Below, in pieces: positions 15,839 through 24,505 of a DNA stretch of 64,000 nt. Below the pieces are notes generated by a model. The model was not told the DNA's origin, did no database searches, and worked only from the letters and a program-made list of their open reading frames with translations. The stretch covers positions 161,612-225,611 of IMG/VR virus record IMGVR_UViG_3300025924_000017; one strand, written 5' to 3'. Each line of letters begins with the position of its first letter. Position 1 is the first letter of the stretch. Origin of the DNA: a virus. Its lineage: Duplodnaviria; Caudoviricetes. Made by a program: the position numbers and the translations under genes.

Positions 15839-16450
15839 TTGATCCTCTTCTACGACACCGAAACGTCAGGCTTCCTCAACAAGTCTTGGCCGCTTCACGA
15901 TCCCCGACAGAATCGCATCGTCCAGCTTGGCGCGATCCTCGATTATCCGGACGGCCGCGAAGCGATGCGCCTCGACGTGATTGTCGCGCACAAGGATATC
16001 CCGCAGCACGTGGCGGACTCGTGGCCCGGCGCCGAGAAATTCCATCTCATCTCCCGCGAGACATCCGAGAAGATCGGCATCAACGAGACGACCGTCATGG
16101 AGATGTTCCTCGACATGATCGAGGTCGCCGACACCATCGTCGGACAGAACATCAAGGGTTTCGACAACGACATGGTCACAGCCGTCGCTCGGCGCGTGAT
16201 CGCGAACGAAGCGTTCACGCCGTTCGCCGGTAAGAACATCTTCGACACCATGTTCGCCGGGCAGCCGCTCTGCCGCATTCCGAACCCCAGAGGCGGTGGT
16301 CTCAAGAAGCCCAACCTCACCGAGCTTCACAAACACCTGTTCAACGGCGAAGGTTTCGACAAGGCGCACTCCGCGATCAATGACGTGCTCGCAACGCGTC
16401 GCTGCTTCTACAAGATGCAGGAACTTCTCAACGCACAGGCGCCTCAATGA
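15839..16450 (+). CDS. DEDDh 3'-5' exonuclease (Pol III epsilon-like)
   Basis: YDTETSG (ExoI), GQNIKGFD (ExoII), HSAINDV (ExoIII); promoter TTGACA-N17-TATCAC at 15768-15796. Confidence 0.9.
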   Translation: MILFYDTETSGFLNKSWPLHDPRQNRIVQLGAILDYPDGREAMRLDVIVAHKDIPQHVADSWPGAEKFHLISRETSEKIGINETTVMEMFLDMIEVADTIVGQNIKGFDNDMVTAVARRVIANEAFTPFAGKNIFDTMFAGQPLCRIPNPRGGGLKKPNLTELHKHLFNGEGFDKAHSAINDVLATRRCFYKMQELLNAQAPQ

Positions 16451-17568
16451 GCAAGCCTGAGGCGAAGCCCAATCCAAACATCCTCGATTTCGAGAAAGGC
16501 CTGAACGCCTACGTCGCGGCGCACCAGAAGGTCTGGAAGCACGACCGTAGCCAGTCGGTCGGCGCCTCGGAAGCATTCGGCTGCATTCGCAAAGCTTTCT
16601 TCAGCAAGAGCGGAGCCGAGAAGGACAAGGATCACAAGGACTCGTGGGGCGCGCTTCAACGCGGCGACCTGATCGAGAACCATTTTGTCGAACCCGCCGT
16701 CAGTTGGTTTGTTGAAAACCTTCACGGCGAAGCGAGGTTGGTCTGGGGTGGCGCGAAGCAACGCACACTCATCGAAGGTAGGCTCTCAGCCACCCCAGAC
16801 GGACTTCTCATCGGTCTCGCTGACGACGCACTCGCCAATTACGGCATTCCGTCGCTTGGCGGTACCGGCTGCGCCAACTTCGAGGTCAAGTCTATTGACC
16901 CTCGCGTCAACCTGAAGGAAGAAAAAGCCATCCACCGTGGGCAGACCATCGTGCAGATGGGCCTCACCCGGTTAAAGACGCGCTACAAGCCGAACTACGC
17001 CATCATCCTCTACGTCGATGCGAGCTTCTTCGACGACATCGATGTGTTCATCGTCCCGTACGATCAGAAGGCATTCGAGGTTGCGCAGGCTCGGGCCAAT
17101 GAGGTCTTTACGACCACGAACGCCGCATCACTGCTTGCGGAAGGCAAGATCGACGGCACCTGCCAATACTGCCCCTTCACGGTCGCGTGTGCACGGGCAA
17201 ACGAAATCCACACCCCGCAAGACGGGATGGCGAATAGCGAGAATACCGACTTCGAACTTCTTGAAGAATTCGAGGAACTGGTTCGTGCGGAGCGGGTCGC
17301 TTCTGCGAACAAAAAGGCCCTCGTAGCGGCCCACAGTGAAGCCTCGGAGAGGTTGAAGCAGTGGTTCCGCGACACCGGAGTGAAGCGGGCAGTTGCTCAC
17401 GACGCATCGGTGAAAGCGTCCATCTCTTGGGTCAAAGGTCGCAAGACTTACGACATCGAGGCCATGCGCGCTGACGGTATCGATGTCGAGAAATATACCA
17501 AAGACGGTGAAGGACACGACAGGCTGACCATCTCTGAGAAGGGAGCCCAACGTGCTGACGCAGATTAG
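16447..17568 (+). CDS. Cas4/RecB-like PD-(D/E)XK exonuclease with four-Cys Fe-S signature
   Basis: GASEAFGC, ATPDG, FEVKS, QTIVQMG, CQYCPF...C. Confidence 0.85.
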   Translation: MSKPEAKPNPNILDFEKGLNAYVAAHQKVWKHDRSQSVGASEAFGCIRKAFFSKSGAEKDKDHKDSWGALQRGDLIENHFVEPAVSWFVENLHGEARLVWGGAKQRTLIEGRLSATPDGLLIGLADDALANYGIPSLGGTGCANFEVKSIDPRVNLKEEKAIHRGQTIVQMGLTRLKTRYKPNYAIILYVDASFFDDIDVFIVPYDQKAFEVAQARANEVFTTTNAASLLAEGKIDGTCQYCPFTVACARANEIHTPQDGMANSENTDFELLEEFEELVRAERVASANKKALVAAHSEASERLKQWFRDTGVKRAVAHDASVKASISWVKGRKTYDIEAMRADGIDVEKYTKDGEGHDRLTISEKGAQRADAD

Positions 17569-17659
17569 CGCTTAGGATTAGCAATTAGGAATCGAACGAC
17601 AACAAGAAGCAGCTTCGCAACCGCTTAGTTAGCTTTAGACCAGACGAAGGTCTTAGCAC

Positions 17660-17686
17660 GCCCACCGGGCGCAAGTCCGGTGGGTT
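17660..17686 (+). terminator. GC-rich hairpin between nuclease and SSB-like gene
   Basis: CCCACCGG-GCGCAAGT-CCGGTGGG followed by TTCT. Confidence 0.45.
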
Positions 17687-17723
17687 CTCCTCAAACCCAA
17701 AACGAAAGTAGCATAGCCTAGAC

Positions 17724-18596
17724 ATGAGTAACGATTTGGTTCCCGCACAGAGCGGCGGTTTTCTCGCTCAGAGTGACGACGACTTCCTCGCACGTCTTTC
17801 CAACGTCGTCGATAACATGAAAGGGAGCGGTGGCTCCCATGCGTTCCTGAAGTTCGACGGCAAGCGAGGCGTCTACAGCTACGGCGCCGACGATGTCGAG
17901 CTTCAGCCCGGCACGCAACTGGTTCTCGATTACCGCAGCCTGCGTCAGGGCTGGATCATCTGGCTGAACGGCAACGTCGCCGACGAGATCATGGTCGATC
18001 CGATGACCACGGCCATCCCGACGATCCGCGAACTGCCGGATCATGGCCCGTATGGCAAGGACGACGGCCCGCGCGAACAGCAGACCGTCATGCTCAAGAT
18101 GATCGAAGACCCGTTCGTCGAACTCAAGTTCCAAGCCAACAACAAGTCGAAGATGTACGCGCTCGGCGGCGTCATGAAGGACTTCATCAAGTCCTACAAG
18201 ATGCACCCCGGATGCTATCCGATCATCGACATCGACTCGAACTCGTTCGAGGGTAAGGACAAGGAGACCGGCCGCAAGTACAAGCAGTTTGCGCCGAAGT
18301 TCAAGATCGTCTCGTGGATGTCCGCCGACGAACTGAACGCAATGTCCGAAGGCAACCCCGAGGACTACGATCAGGCTGAGGAAAATCAGGTCGAGGAAGA
18401 AGTGCAAGCTCTTCCGGAGCCGGAGCCCACGCCTGCCCCGCAGCAGCAGCAGACGCGTCCTGCGCCTGCCCGTACCGCCGCCCCGCGTACAACTGCCCCG
18501 CGCCCGACGCCTGCGACAGCGCCCCAGAACGCTCCGCAGTCTTCGGCCGCGCCCAGCACCGCCGCTGCGCCACCCGCCCGCCGGAGTCGCTTCTAA
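17724..18596 (+). CDS. putative ssDNA-binding / annealing protein
   Basis: Sits in the Cas4-like/PolA/helicase module; FLKFDG...GWIIW core; acidic then Pro/Ala-rich tail ending in RF; function inferred from context. Confidence 0.6.
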   Translation: MSNDLVPAQSGGFLAQSDDDFLARLSNVVDNMKGSGGSHAFLKFDGKRGVYSYGADDVELQPGTQLVLDYRSLRQGWIIWLNGNVADEIMVDPMTTAIPTIRELPDHGPYGKDDGPREQQTVMLKMIEDPFVELKFQANNKSKMYALGGVMKDFIKSYKMHPGCYPIIDIDSNSFEGKDKETGRKYKQFAPKFKIVSWMSADELNAMSEGNPEDYDQAEENQVEEEVQALPEPEPTPAPQQQQTRPAPARTAAPRTTAPRPTPATAPQNAPQSSAAPSTAAAPPARRSRF

Positions 18597-18622
18597 GCAC
18601 CACCGACTCTGAACGACGCGAA

Positions 18623-18650
18623 ATCGCCCACGCAGAAATGCGTGGGCGAT
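18623..18650 (+). terminator. perfect 12-bp hairpin with GAAA loop
   Basis: ATCGCCCACGCA-GAAA-TGCGTGGGCGAT; no U-tract, so possibly a stabiliser or processing stem. Confidence 0.5.
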
Positions 18651-18669
18651 AACGGCGGAGGCTTCTCAA

Positions 18670-19155
18670 ATGCCCCTCATCCCTGACGGTCTGCGCAACC
18701 CAATCCGGTTGCGAGACGCCGAACCCATCATCAACGGCGCGGTGTCGGCGAACGAACAGCATCACCCGGGCTGGACAAATAAAGCACGCCACGTCGTGCT
18801 CCATTTCGCACGCTCGTGCGGCAAACCCTTCAGTATCAACGACATCAATGAGACGTCCGAAAAGCGTGCTCTTGATGGCATCACCAAAACCAAGTCCGGT
18901 ATCGGTGGTGTGTTGAAGGCGCTCGCCAAAGAAGGCGAGATCATCAAACTCGAACAACTCACTCACGACGATAGCGGCGCGGTTTTGCGCCGCGATGTCG
19001 GGCTTTGGGCGACGCCTCAGATCGCCGCCACTTACAACCCTGTGCTCGTGGTGCGTCCGCATCGCGTGAACAAGGTCATCGATCTCCTCAAGCAGTGCAG
19101 CGCGGAAGAGCGCAGCATGGTCTTCGAGGAACTGGCGTCCATGGAGGTTGCGTAA
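18670..19155 (+). CDS. hypothetical protein
   Basis: 161-aa ORF with SD GGAGG; codon style matches neighbours. Confidence 0.65.
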   Translation: MPLIPDGLRNPIRLRDAEPIINGAVSANEQHHPGWTNKARHVVLHFARSCGKPFSINDINETSEKRALDGITKTKSGIGGVLKALAKEGEIIKLEQLTHDDSGAVLRRDVGLWATPQIAATYNPVLVVRPHRVNKVIDLLKQCSAEERSMVFEELASMEVA

Positions 19156-19161
19156 GCCTCT

Positions 19162-20577
19162 ATGGAGCTTTCTGACCAGCAGGGCTCGTGCGTTAAGCAC
19201 ATCACCACTGCTCTGAAAAACGGTACGTCGAACTTCGACGCACAAGCGATTTTCGGCCCAAACTGCCCGCCGACGCAACTGGTGCGTATCGATGGCTTTG
19301 CCGGTACAGGCAAATCCACCATCCTGCCCTTCATTCTCGACGACATCGGGTTCGATCCCAAGACCATTGCATTCTGCGCGCCGACCGGCAAAGCGGCGAA
19401 GGTCATGCGCACGAAGCTGCGCGACCAGAATTTCCCGAACGCCGAAGCACGCACGATCCACAGCGCGATCTATCGCGCCAAACCCGCGCCAATCTCCAAG
19501 CTGGAGGCCGATCTCGCGAACCATAAGGAACAGCTTGCAAAAATCACGAGTGAAATTCGAGACTATCACGCTGAGAAATATGGCAACGACGAGACAGCCC
19601 CCAAGGTCTCGCTCGATCAGCATCCGAAGGTCCAGCAGCAACGCAACCTGATCGCACGTCTCGAACGCGAACTCGACAACGCGTACGACGCGGACGAACT
19701 CGCGTTCCAGATCAATCCCGACAGTTCGATTGCCGACGCCCAACTGATCGTCGTGGACGAGTTCTCGATGGTGGGACGGCGCATGGCGGAGGACCTGATG
19801 TCCTTCGGCGTGCCGATCCTTGCCATGGGCGACCCGGGCCAGCTTCCGCCGGTCAAGGACGAGGACTTCCTCGCGCTCGGCGATCCGGACTTCTTCCTCT
19901 CGGAAATTCACCGTCAGGCCGCCGACAATCCGATCATCTATCTGTCGAGGCTCGCTCGTGAGGGTGAGGACTTGCCGTACGGCGATTACGGCAACGGCGT
20001 CATCGTCATGGACCGTCAGCGGTTCGATTACACCGGCAGCTTCGAGGACCGTCCGCAGTTCATCTGCGGAAAGAACGATACGCGCTGGAGAGTCACGCAG
20101 ATGCTCCGGCAGGACTTCGGCTTCACCGATGATCCGCGCAACGTCATCGGCCCACGTCGTGGTGAGCCTCTCGTCGTCAAGAAGAACACGAAGGAATATC
20201 CGAACCTCGTCAACGGGACCGACTGCATCGCGCTGACGGACTTCGATCTGATCCCCGGCAATTGCGTGTACCCCATGTCGTTCCAAGACGACGAAGGCAC
20301 ACGATACGAAGAGAAGAAGGTCTTTCAGGGTCGCTTCGAGGAGCACTACTCGCGCAAGGCCGGGAAGTTCACCGGTCCGAAATTCCAGACCTATCGCGCC
20401 CAGAAGAACTCCATCGTCATGGACTGGAACTACGTCGCGACGGCGCACAGCGCGCAGGGCTCGCAGTGGGACAATTGCGTCATCATCGACGAGTCCTCGG
20501 TTTTCCGCGCCGATGCTAACCGGTGGCTCTACACCGCCGTCACTCGTGCAGCGAAGACGCTCGTGGTGCTGCGCTGA
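19162..20577 (+). CDS. RecD/Dda-like SF1B helicase
   Basis: GFAGTGKST, APTGKAA, TIHS, VDEFSMV, GDPGQLPPV, HRQA, TAHSAQGSQW, LYTAVTRA; coiled-coil insert. Confidence 0.93.
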   Translation: MELSDQQGSCVKHITTALKNGTSNFDAQAIFGPNCPPTQLVRIDGFAGTGKSTILPFILDDIGFDPKTIAFCAPTGKAAKVMRTKLRDQNFPNAEARTIHSAIYRAKPAPISKLEADLANHKEQLAKITSEIRDYHAEKYGNDETAPKVSLDQHPKVQQQRNLIARLERELDNAYDADELAFQINPDSSIADAQLIVVDEFSMVGRRMAEDLMSFGVPILAMGDPGQLPPVKDEDFLALGDPDFFLSEIHRQAADNPIIYLSRLAREGEDLPYGDYGNGVIVMDRQRFDYTGSFEDRPQFICGKNDTRWRVTQMLRQDFGFTDDPRNVIGPRRGEPLVVKKNTKEYPNLVNGTDCIALTDFDLIPGNCVYPMSFQDDEGTRYEEKKVFQGRFEEHYSRKAGKFTGPKFQTYRAQKNSIVMDWNYVATAHSAQGSQWDNCVIIDESSVFRADANRWLYTAVTRAAKTLVVLR

Positions 20578-21080
20578 TGTGGCAACACCGCAAATATAAA
20601 TCCGGGACCGACTGGTGCCTCTGGCGCTGGACGCGCGTTCCATCCGAATTCATCACACGCCTACACGTCGTGATGATCGCCGGTTACGCGTTGATGGTGC
20701 ACTGGATCGACAGGCCCGATCCGGAGCCATTCCGTCACGATCATCCCGTCACGTTCCTCTCGTTGATTGCGAAAGGCTGGTACGTCGAAGATCGCCTGAC
20801 AAACGGCAAGCTGCGCGAACGCAAGAAGCGTAGCTGGTTCAACTTCATCAAGGCCAGCCCCAGCGACCGTCATCGCATCATCGAAGTCGCGGTGGGTGGG
20901 GCAGTCACCATCGTCTTCGCTGCGCCCGCATCCCGCAATTGGGGCTACCACACCGTCTATCCTGAGTGGACTTACTGGCGCGACTACCAAGCCGCCGAGC
21001 GTAAAGCCGCCGAGCAAGGCGGCTCATGGCGCGACCACCTCGTCCCCACCATCACCGACAAGCACAACCATCACAAGTAA
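20577..21080 (+). CDS. cupin-like hypothetical protein
   Basis: HDHPVTFLSLIAKGWYVE...HRI...WGY pattern; ATG overlaps the helicase TGA. Confidence 0.6.
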   Translation: MWQHRKYKSGTDWCLWRWTRVPSEFITRLHVVMIAGYALMVHWIDRPDPEPFRHDHPVTFLSLIAKGWYVEDRLTNGKLRERKKRSWFNFIKASPSDRHRIIEVAVGGAVTIVFAAPASRNWGYHTVYPEWTYWRDYQAAERKAAEQGGSWRDHLVPTITDKHNHHK

Positions 21081-21090
21081 GAGGATCAGT

Positions 21091-21876
21091 TTGACTCAAT
21101 TTGTTGCATTCACCGGTAAGCGCGGTTGCGGAAAAGACACTGCCGCGAAAGCCCTTGCCGATCTTGGCTTCGTCTCCATGAGCTTCGCCGATCCTCTCCG
21201 CGAAATCCTGACCATCGTGTACGGCCTAACCGACGAGGAGATGAACGACCGCGTACTCAAGGAAAAAACGCTGGAGCGTTTTCCGTGGATCAGCCCGCGC
21301 AAGCTGATGACCACCATCGGCACGCAGGGCTTCCGCGATCTCATTCATCAGGAAACGTGGGTGAAGGCACTTGAGCGTCGTGCACTGGCGCACGAGAAGG
21401 TCGTCGTTCCGGACCTGCGCTTCCTGACCGAAGAAGCCATGCTCAAGGAAAACAACGCGATCATTATCCGCGTCGTTAGCCCATCACGTGAAATGACTGA
21501 CGCGCACGCGCAGCATCGCTCCGAAACGGAGATGGATCAGATCGTGCCGACGTTCACCGTCGTGAATGAGGGGACCATCGAGTCCCTACACGCGAACGTG
21601 CGTTCGATCCTCAAGTGGGCACCCCATCTCGAAGATGCTTGCCGCCTACGAGATGCGCGCATGAAGGAAAACGACGGAGAAGACGTCCACTTCATAAGCT
21701 TCAGTGAGGCGGCGCTGAAACACATGATCCCGAACAACAGTGGGGGCCATTTCGACGTCCTTATCAAAGAGGGGTTGGAATTGCTCGCCAATCCTAGGGC
21801 TTACAAACTCGACGAGTCCAAATTCCCAACATTCAAACTCAGCGCGCAACGCGGCGCAGAGTGGGTCGAAGAATAA
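21091..21876 (+). CDS. deoxynucleoside monophosphate kinase with C-terminal extension
   Basis: FTGKRGCGKDT P-loop, SFADPLR, PRKLMTTIGT, VPDLRF, HRSE; TTG start after SD GAGGA. Confidence 0.88.
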   Translation: MTQFVAFTGKRGCGKDTAAKALADLGFVSMSFADPLREILTIVYGLTDEEMNDRVLKEKTLERFPWISPRKLMTTIGTQGFRDLIHQETWVKALERRALAHEKVVVPDLRFLTEEAMLKENNAIIIRVVSPSREMTDAHAQHRSETEMDQIVPTFTVVNEGTIESLHANVRSILKWAPHLEDACRLRDARMKENDGEDVHFISFSEAALKHMIPNNSGGHFDVLIKEGLELLANPRAYKLDESKFPTFKLSAQRGAEWVEE

Positions 21877-22808
21877 TGTCGCTTCTTCCTCTCTTCCGCA
21901 ACGACATCACCGCCAAATACATCCTCGGCTCGGTGACCGAGGATGGTCATAAGCTCTATACGCTCCAACTCCGCTATCCGCGCATCGTCCACGCCGACTT
22001 CATGACGCACCGCGTATTCTCGCGGAATGCATCGTCAAGCCGCGCGATTCCGGTGCAATCAATTCTCGTGCGCGACGCGGATATGTTCATTCCGAATTTC
22101 CGCAAAAACCAGCCGGGCATGATCCCGGGAGATTATCTCACGCCGGAAGAGCAGGAAGAAGCGACACTCATCTGGCAGGACTGCGCCAAATACTGCATCG
22201 AGGGTGCGAAGAAGCTTTCCGACAAGCACGGCCTGAACGTCCACAAGCAGTGGGCCAACCGGATGCTCGAATGGTTCGGTTACATCGACGTGCTCGTATC
22301 CGCCACCGAGTGGGCCAACTTCGATGCTCTTCGCGATCACGGAGCGGCGCAGGATGAAATCCGTCTTCTGGCTCGTGTGATCAAGGTCGCACGACGCTTC
22401 CACTGCAACATACTCAATGAACACGATTGGCATCTTCCGTACATCACGGATGCAGATCGCTTTCTTGCGCGTACGGCCGCGTTGGACCTGCACAAGGAAA
22501 TCAACGAAGTCCTCGAACTCCACGAAGACCTGCAAGAAGTCTCCATCACGGATGCGCTCTTGTTGATCGCGAGCGCCGCGCGCTGTTGCCGTCTCTCGTA
22601 TTCCAAGCTCGACGGCGAGCCGACAACGTTTGAAGACGATCTGCGGCGGTTCAAGCAACTCGTTCCGACAGACGATCCCGTCCACGCCTCACCGCTGGAG
22701 CATCAGGCAACGCCGTTCTTCCCGGGCATGGACCCGGCCCGGCAGGCGAACTTCCGTGGTTTCGGTCAGTTCCGGCAGTTCGTCAAAGGCCATTCGGTTC
22801 CGGGTTGA
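21876..22808 (+). CDS. thyX: FAD-dependent thymidylate synthase
   Basis: ThyX signature THRVFSRNASSSRAIP, HKQWANRMLE, HASPLEH. Confidence 0.9.
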   Translation: MSLLPLFRNDITAKYILGSVTEDGHKLYTLQLRYPRIVHADFMTHRVFSRNASSSRAIPVQSILVRDADMFIPNFRKNQPGMIPGDYLTPEEQEEATLIWQDCAKYCIEGAKKLSDKHGLNVHKQWANRMLEWFGYIDVLVSATEWANFDALRDHGAAQDEIRLLARVIKVARRFHCNILNEHDWHLPYITDADRFLARTAALDLHKEINEVLELHEDLQEVSITDALLLIASAARCCRLSYSKLDGEPTTFEDDLRRFKQLVPTDDPVHASPLEHQATPFFPGMDPARQANFRGFGQFRQFVKGHSVPG

Positions 22809-22922
22809 TAAATAATCCTGAAAAATCAACCTGTTAGATCGTTAAAAAGCTTGACACGAATGTCGTGAATTGCGACATTGCGGCCACACCAGAGCACATA
22901 ACCCACGGAAACACCAGAGCAA

Positions 22923-24008
22923 ATGTCATCCCAGTCCGGCGAGGACGCCATCATCCCGTCCTTCGCCCTGTCCGTCTACGAAAGTGAAGACGGCCTTACA
23001 CTTCGCACACACACGACCGAGCAGCCCAGCGTTCGGAAGTTCGCCAGCCTCGGACTTTTCTTCGGCCTCGCGATCATGACCCTCGAACGTGAGGGCGTGA
23101 TCGAGGCCAAGGTCAATGAGTTGATGAGCGGCGACCCGGTCAACGAGGTCGATGTCGTCAATCGGATCACGCTTCTCCTGAAGGAGGATTCGAATGTCCT
23201 CCCGGCTTAACGCCCGTTGCCCTGATTGTGGCATCTTCAAGTCAGAGGTCGCGAAGCATCCGGAAGGCCTTCATCACTCGGAATGCCAGAGCGAATGCGA
23301 AGTCAACGTCCGCTGGGGCTTGGCACACTACGACCGCGACGAATACCGCTTCGGCAAGCGACCGAAGAAGGAGCGCAAGACCGGCAAGCGCTTCGGCAAC
23401 ACCGAAGGGCTCACCAAGGAGACGAACCCGCGCCTCGCAAATCGTCTACCGCGAGAGAAGGGTGGTCTTGTCGTCGGCGCCGGTGACGGCTTCACACCGT
23501 TCGAGCGCGCTCTCATCATCCTTGGCCCGCGTGTCCGGGAGACGAAGGACGCTTATCTGCTCGACGGCAAGCCGTGCAATGCGACACGGATCATGGAAGT
23601 CGCGGGGATCGTCGTCTGATGCCCGGCGGTTACGGTAGCTGGAACATCATCGGATGGATCATTCTCATGATCCCGGTGACCGTGCTGCTTTTAACCGTCA
23701 GGATTTGGCTCACGAATCTATTTTACGCGGTGCGCTACTGCATCGACAACTGGTTCTGCTCTCGTGGGTGGCACTGGGCGAATTCACAGCCGCTTAAAGA
23801 GGTCAGTTGCCTCTACTCCCCTGCCAATATGGATTACGTGTTGGAAGCGCACAAATACTTTCGCTGTAGGAATTGCCTGACACGAATTAAAGGCTCCGGA
23901 GAGCGGCTGGAAGAAGTTCGGGTGTCGAAGTTCGATATTCAGAAAGACCGAAACGCGCTCTCGGACAAAATTCTCGGACTGAAACGAAAACACGGGTTAT
24001 GGAGATGA
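22923..24008 (+). CDS. three hypothetical ORFs (22923..23210, 23194..23619, 23619..24008)
   Basis: Coupled ORFs downstream of the TTGACA promoter at 22851. Confidence 0.55.
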
Positions 24009-24385
24009 GCGGCCCGGAATACATCGAAATCCCCAAGGGCCATCTCTTCTCACCGGAAGAAGCCGAGCGCCGAAAGCTCTGGGCCGAGTACTGGTTCAGC
24101 AACTTCAAAGGTGTCGCGAGAGCGAACGGCTATGGCGCCTTCATCGGCGGCAGTATGGTCCGCGACATCGATGTGGTCATTGTCCCGTGGGTTGATCCGA
24201 TGGATCAAACGCCGGACGAATTCGTCTTGAGCCTCGTCCACACGATGAACATGACGTTCGGGAATCATGGATACACGCTCAACGGCCACCGGTGGTTCGC
24301 CCTCTGGGACAAGGATCATCCGGATCAGCAAATCGATCTGAAGATCATCCGTAAGGCAGAATCGCTCAGTCAAGAAAACAATTAG
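24005..24385 (+). CDS. minimal nucleotidyltransferase-fold protein
   Basis: IGGSMVRDIDVVIVPW fits the G-S...D-x-D Pol-beta signature; later DLK. Confidence 0.5.
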   Translation: MSGPEYIEIPKGHLFSPEEAERRKLWAEYWFSNFKGVARANGYGAFIGGSMVRDIDVVIVPWVDPMDQTPDEFVLSLVHTMNMTFGNHGYTLNGHRWFALWDKDHPDQQIDLKIIRKAESLSQENN

Positions 24386-24470
24386 CGTCGCGAACCGCGA
24401 CTTCACTGTCCCAAATCTTGACTTTCCGAGCCTCCAGAAGTACCCTCCACATCCTTCCAAAATCACCCCG

Positions 24471-24495
24471 AGGGCGCGAGAGCGCCCTTTTTCTT
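24471..24495 (+). terminator. intrinsic terminator-like hairpin just upstream of nrdA
   Basis: AGGGCGC-GAGA-GCGCCCT followed by TTTTCTT. Confidence 0.65.
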
Positions 24496-24505
24496 CGAGT
24501 TCACG

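Noticed and set aside
16447-17568. CRISPR-Cas locus
   Set aside because: No repeat-spacer array and no cas1/cas2 or effector genes in the window; the nuclease sits in a replication module.
18301-20643. 780-aa minus-strand ORF
   Set aside because: It is antisense to the RecD-like helicase and its neighbours, which have clear motifs; it has no motifs itself. Typical shadow frame of high-GC codon usage. The same applies to the other long antisense ORFs (e.g. 13336..14691, 24992..26146, 39695..40777).
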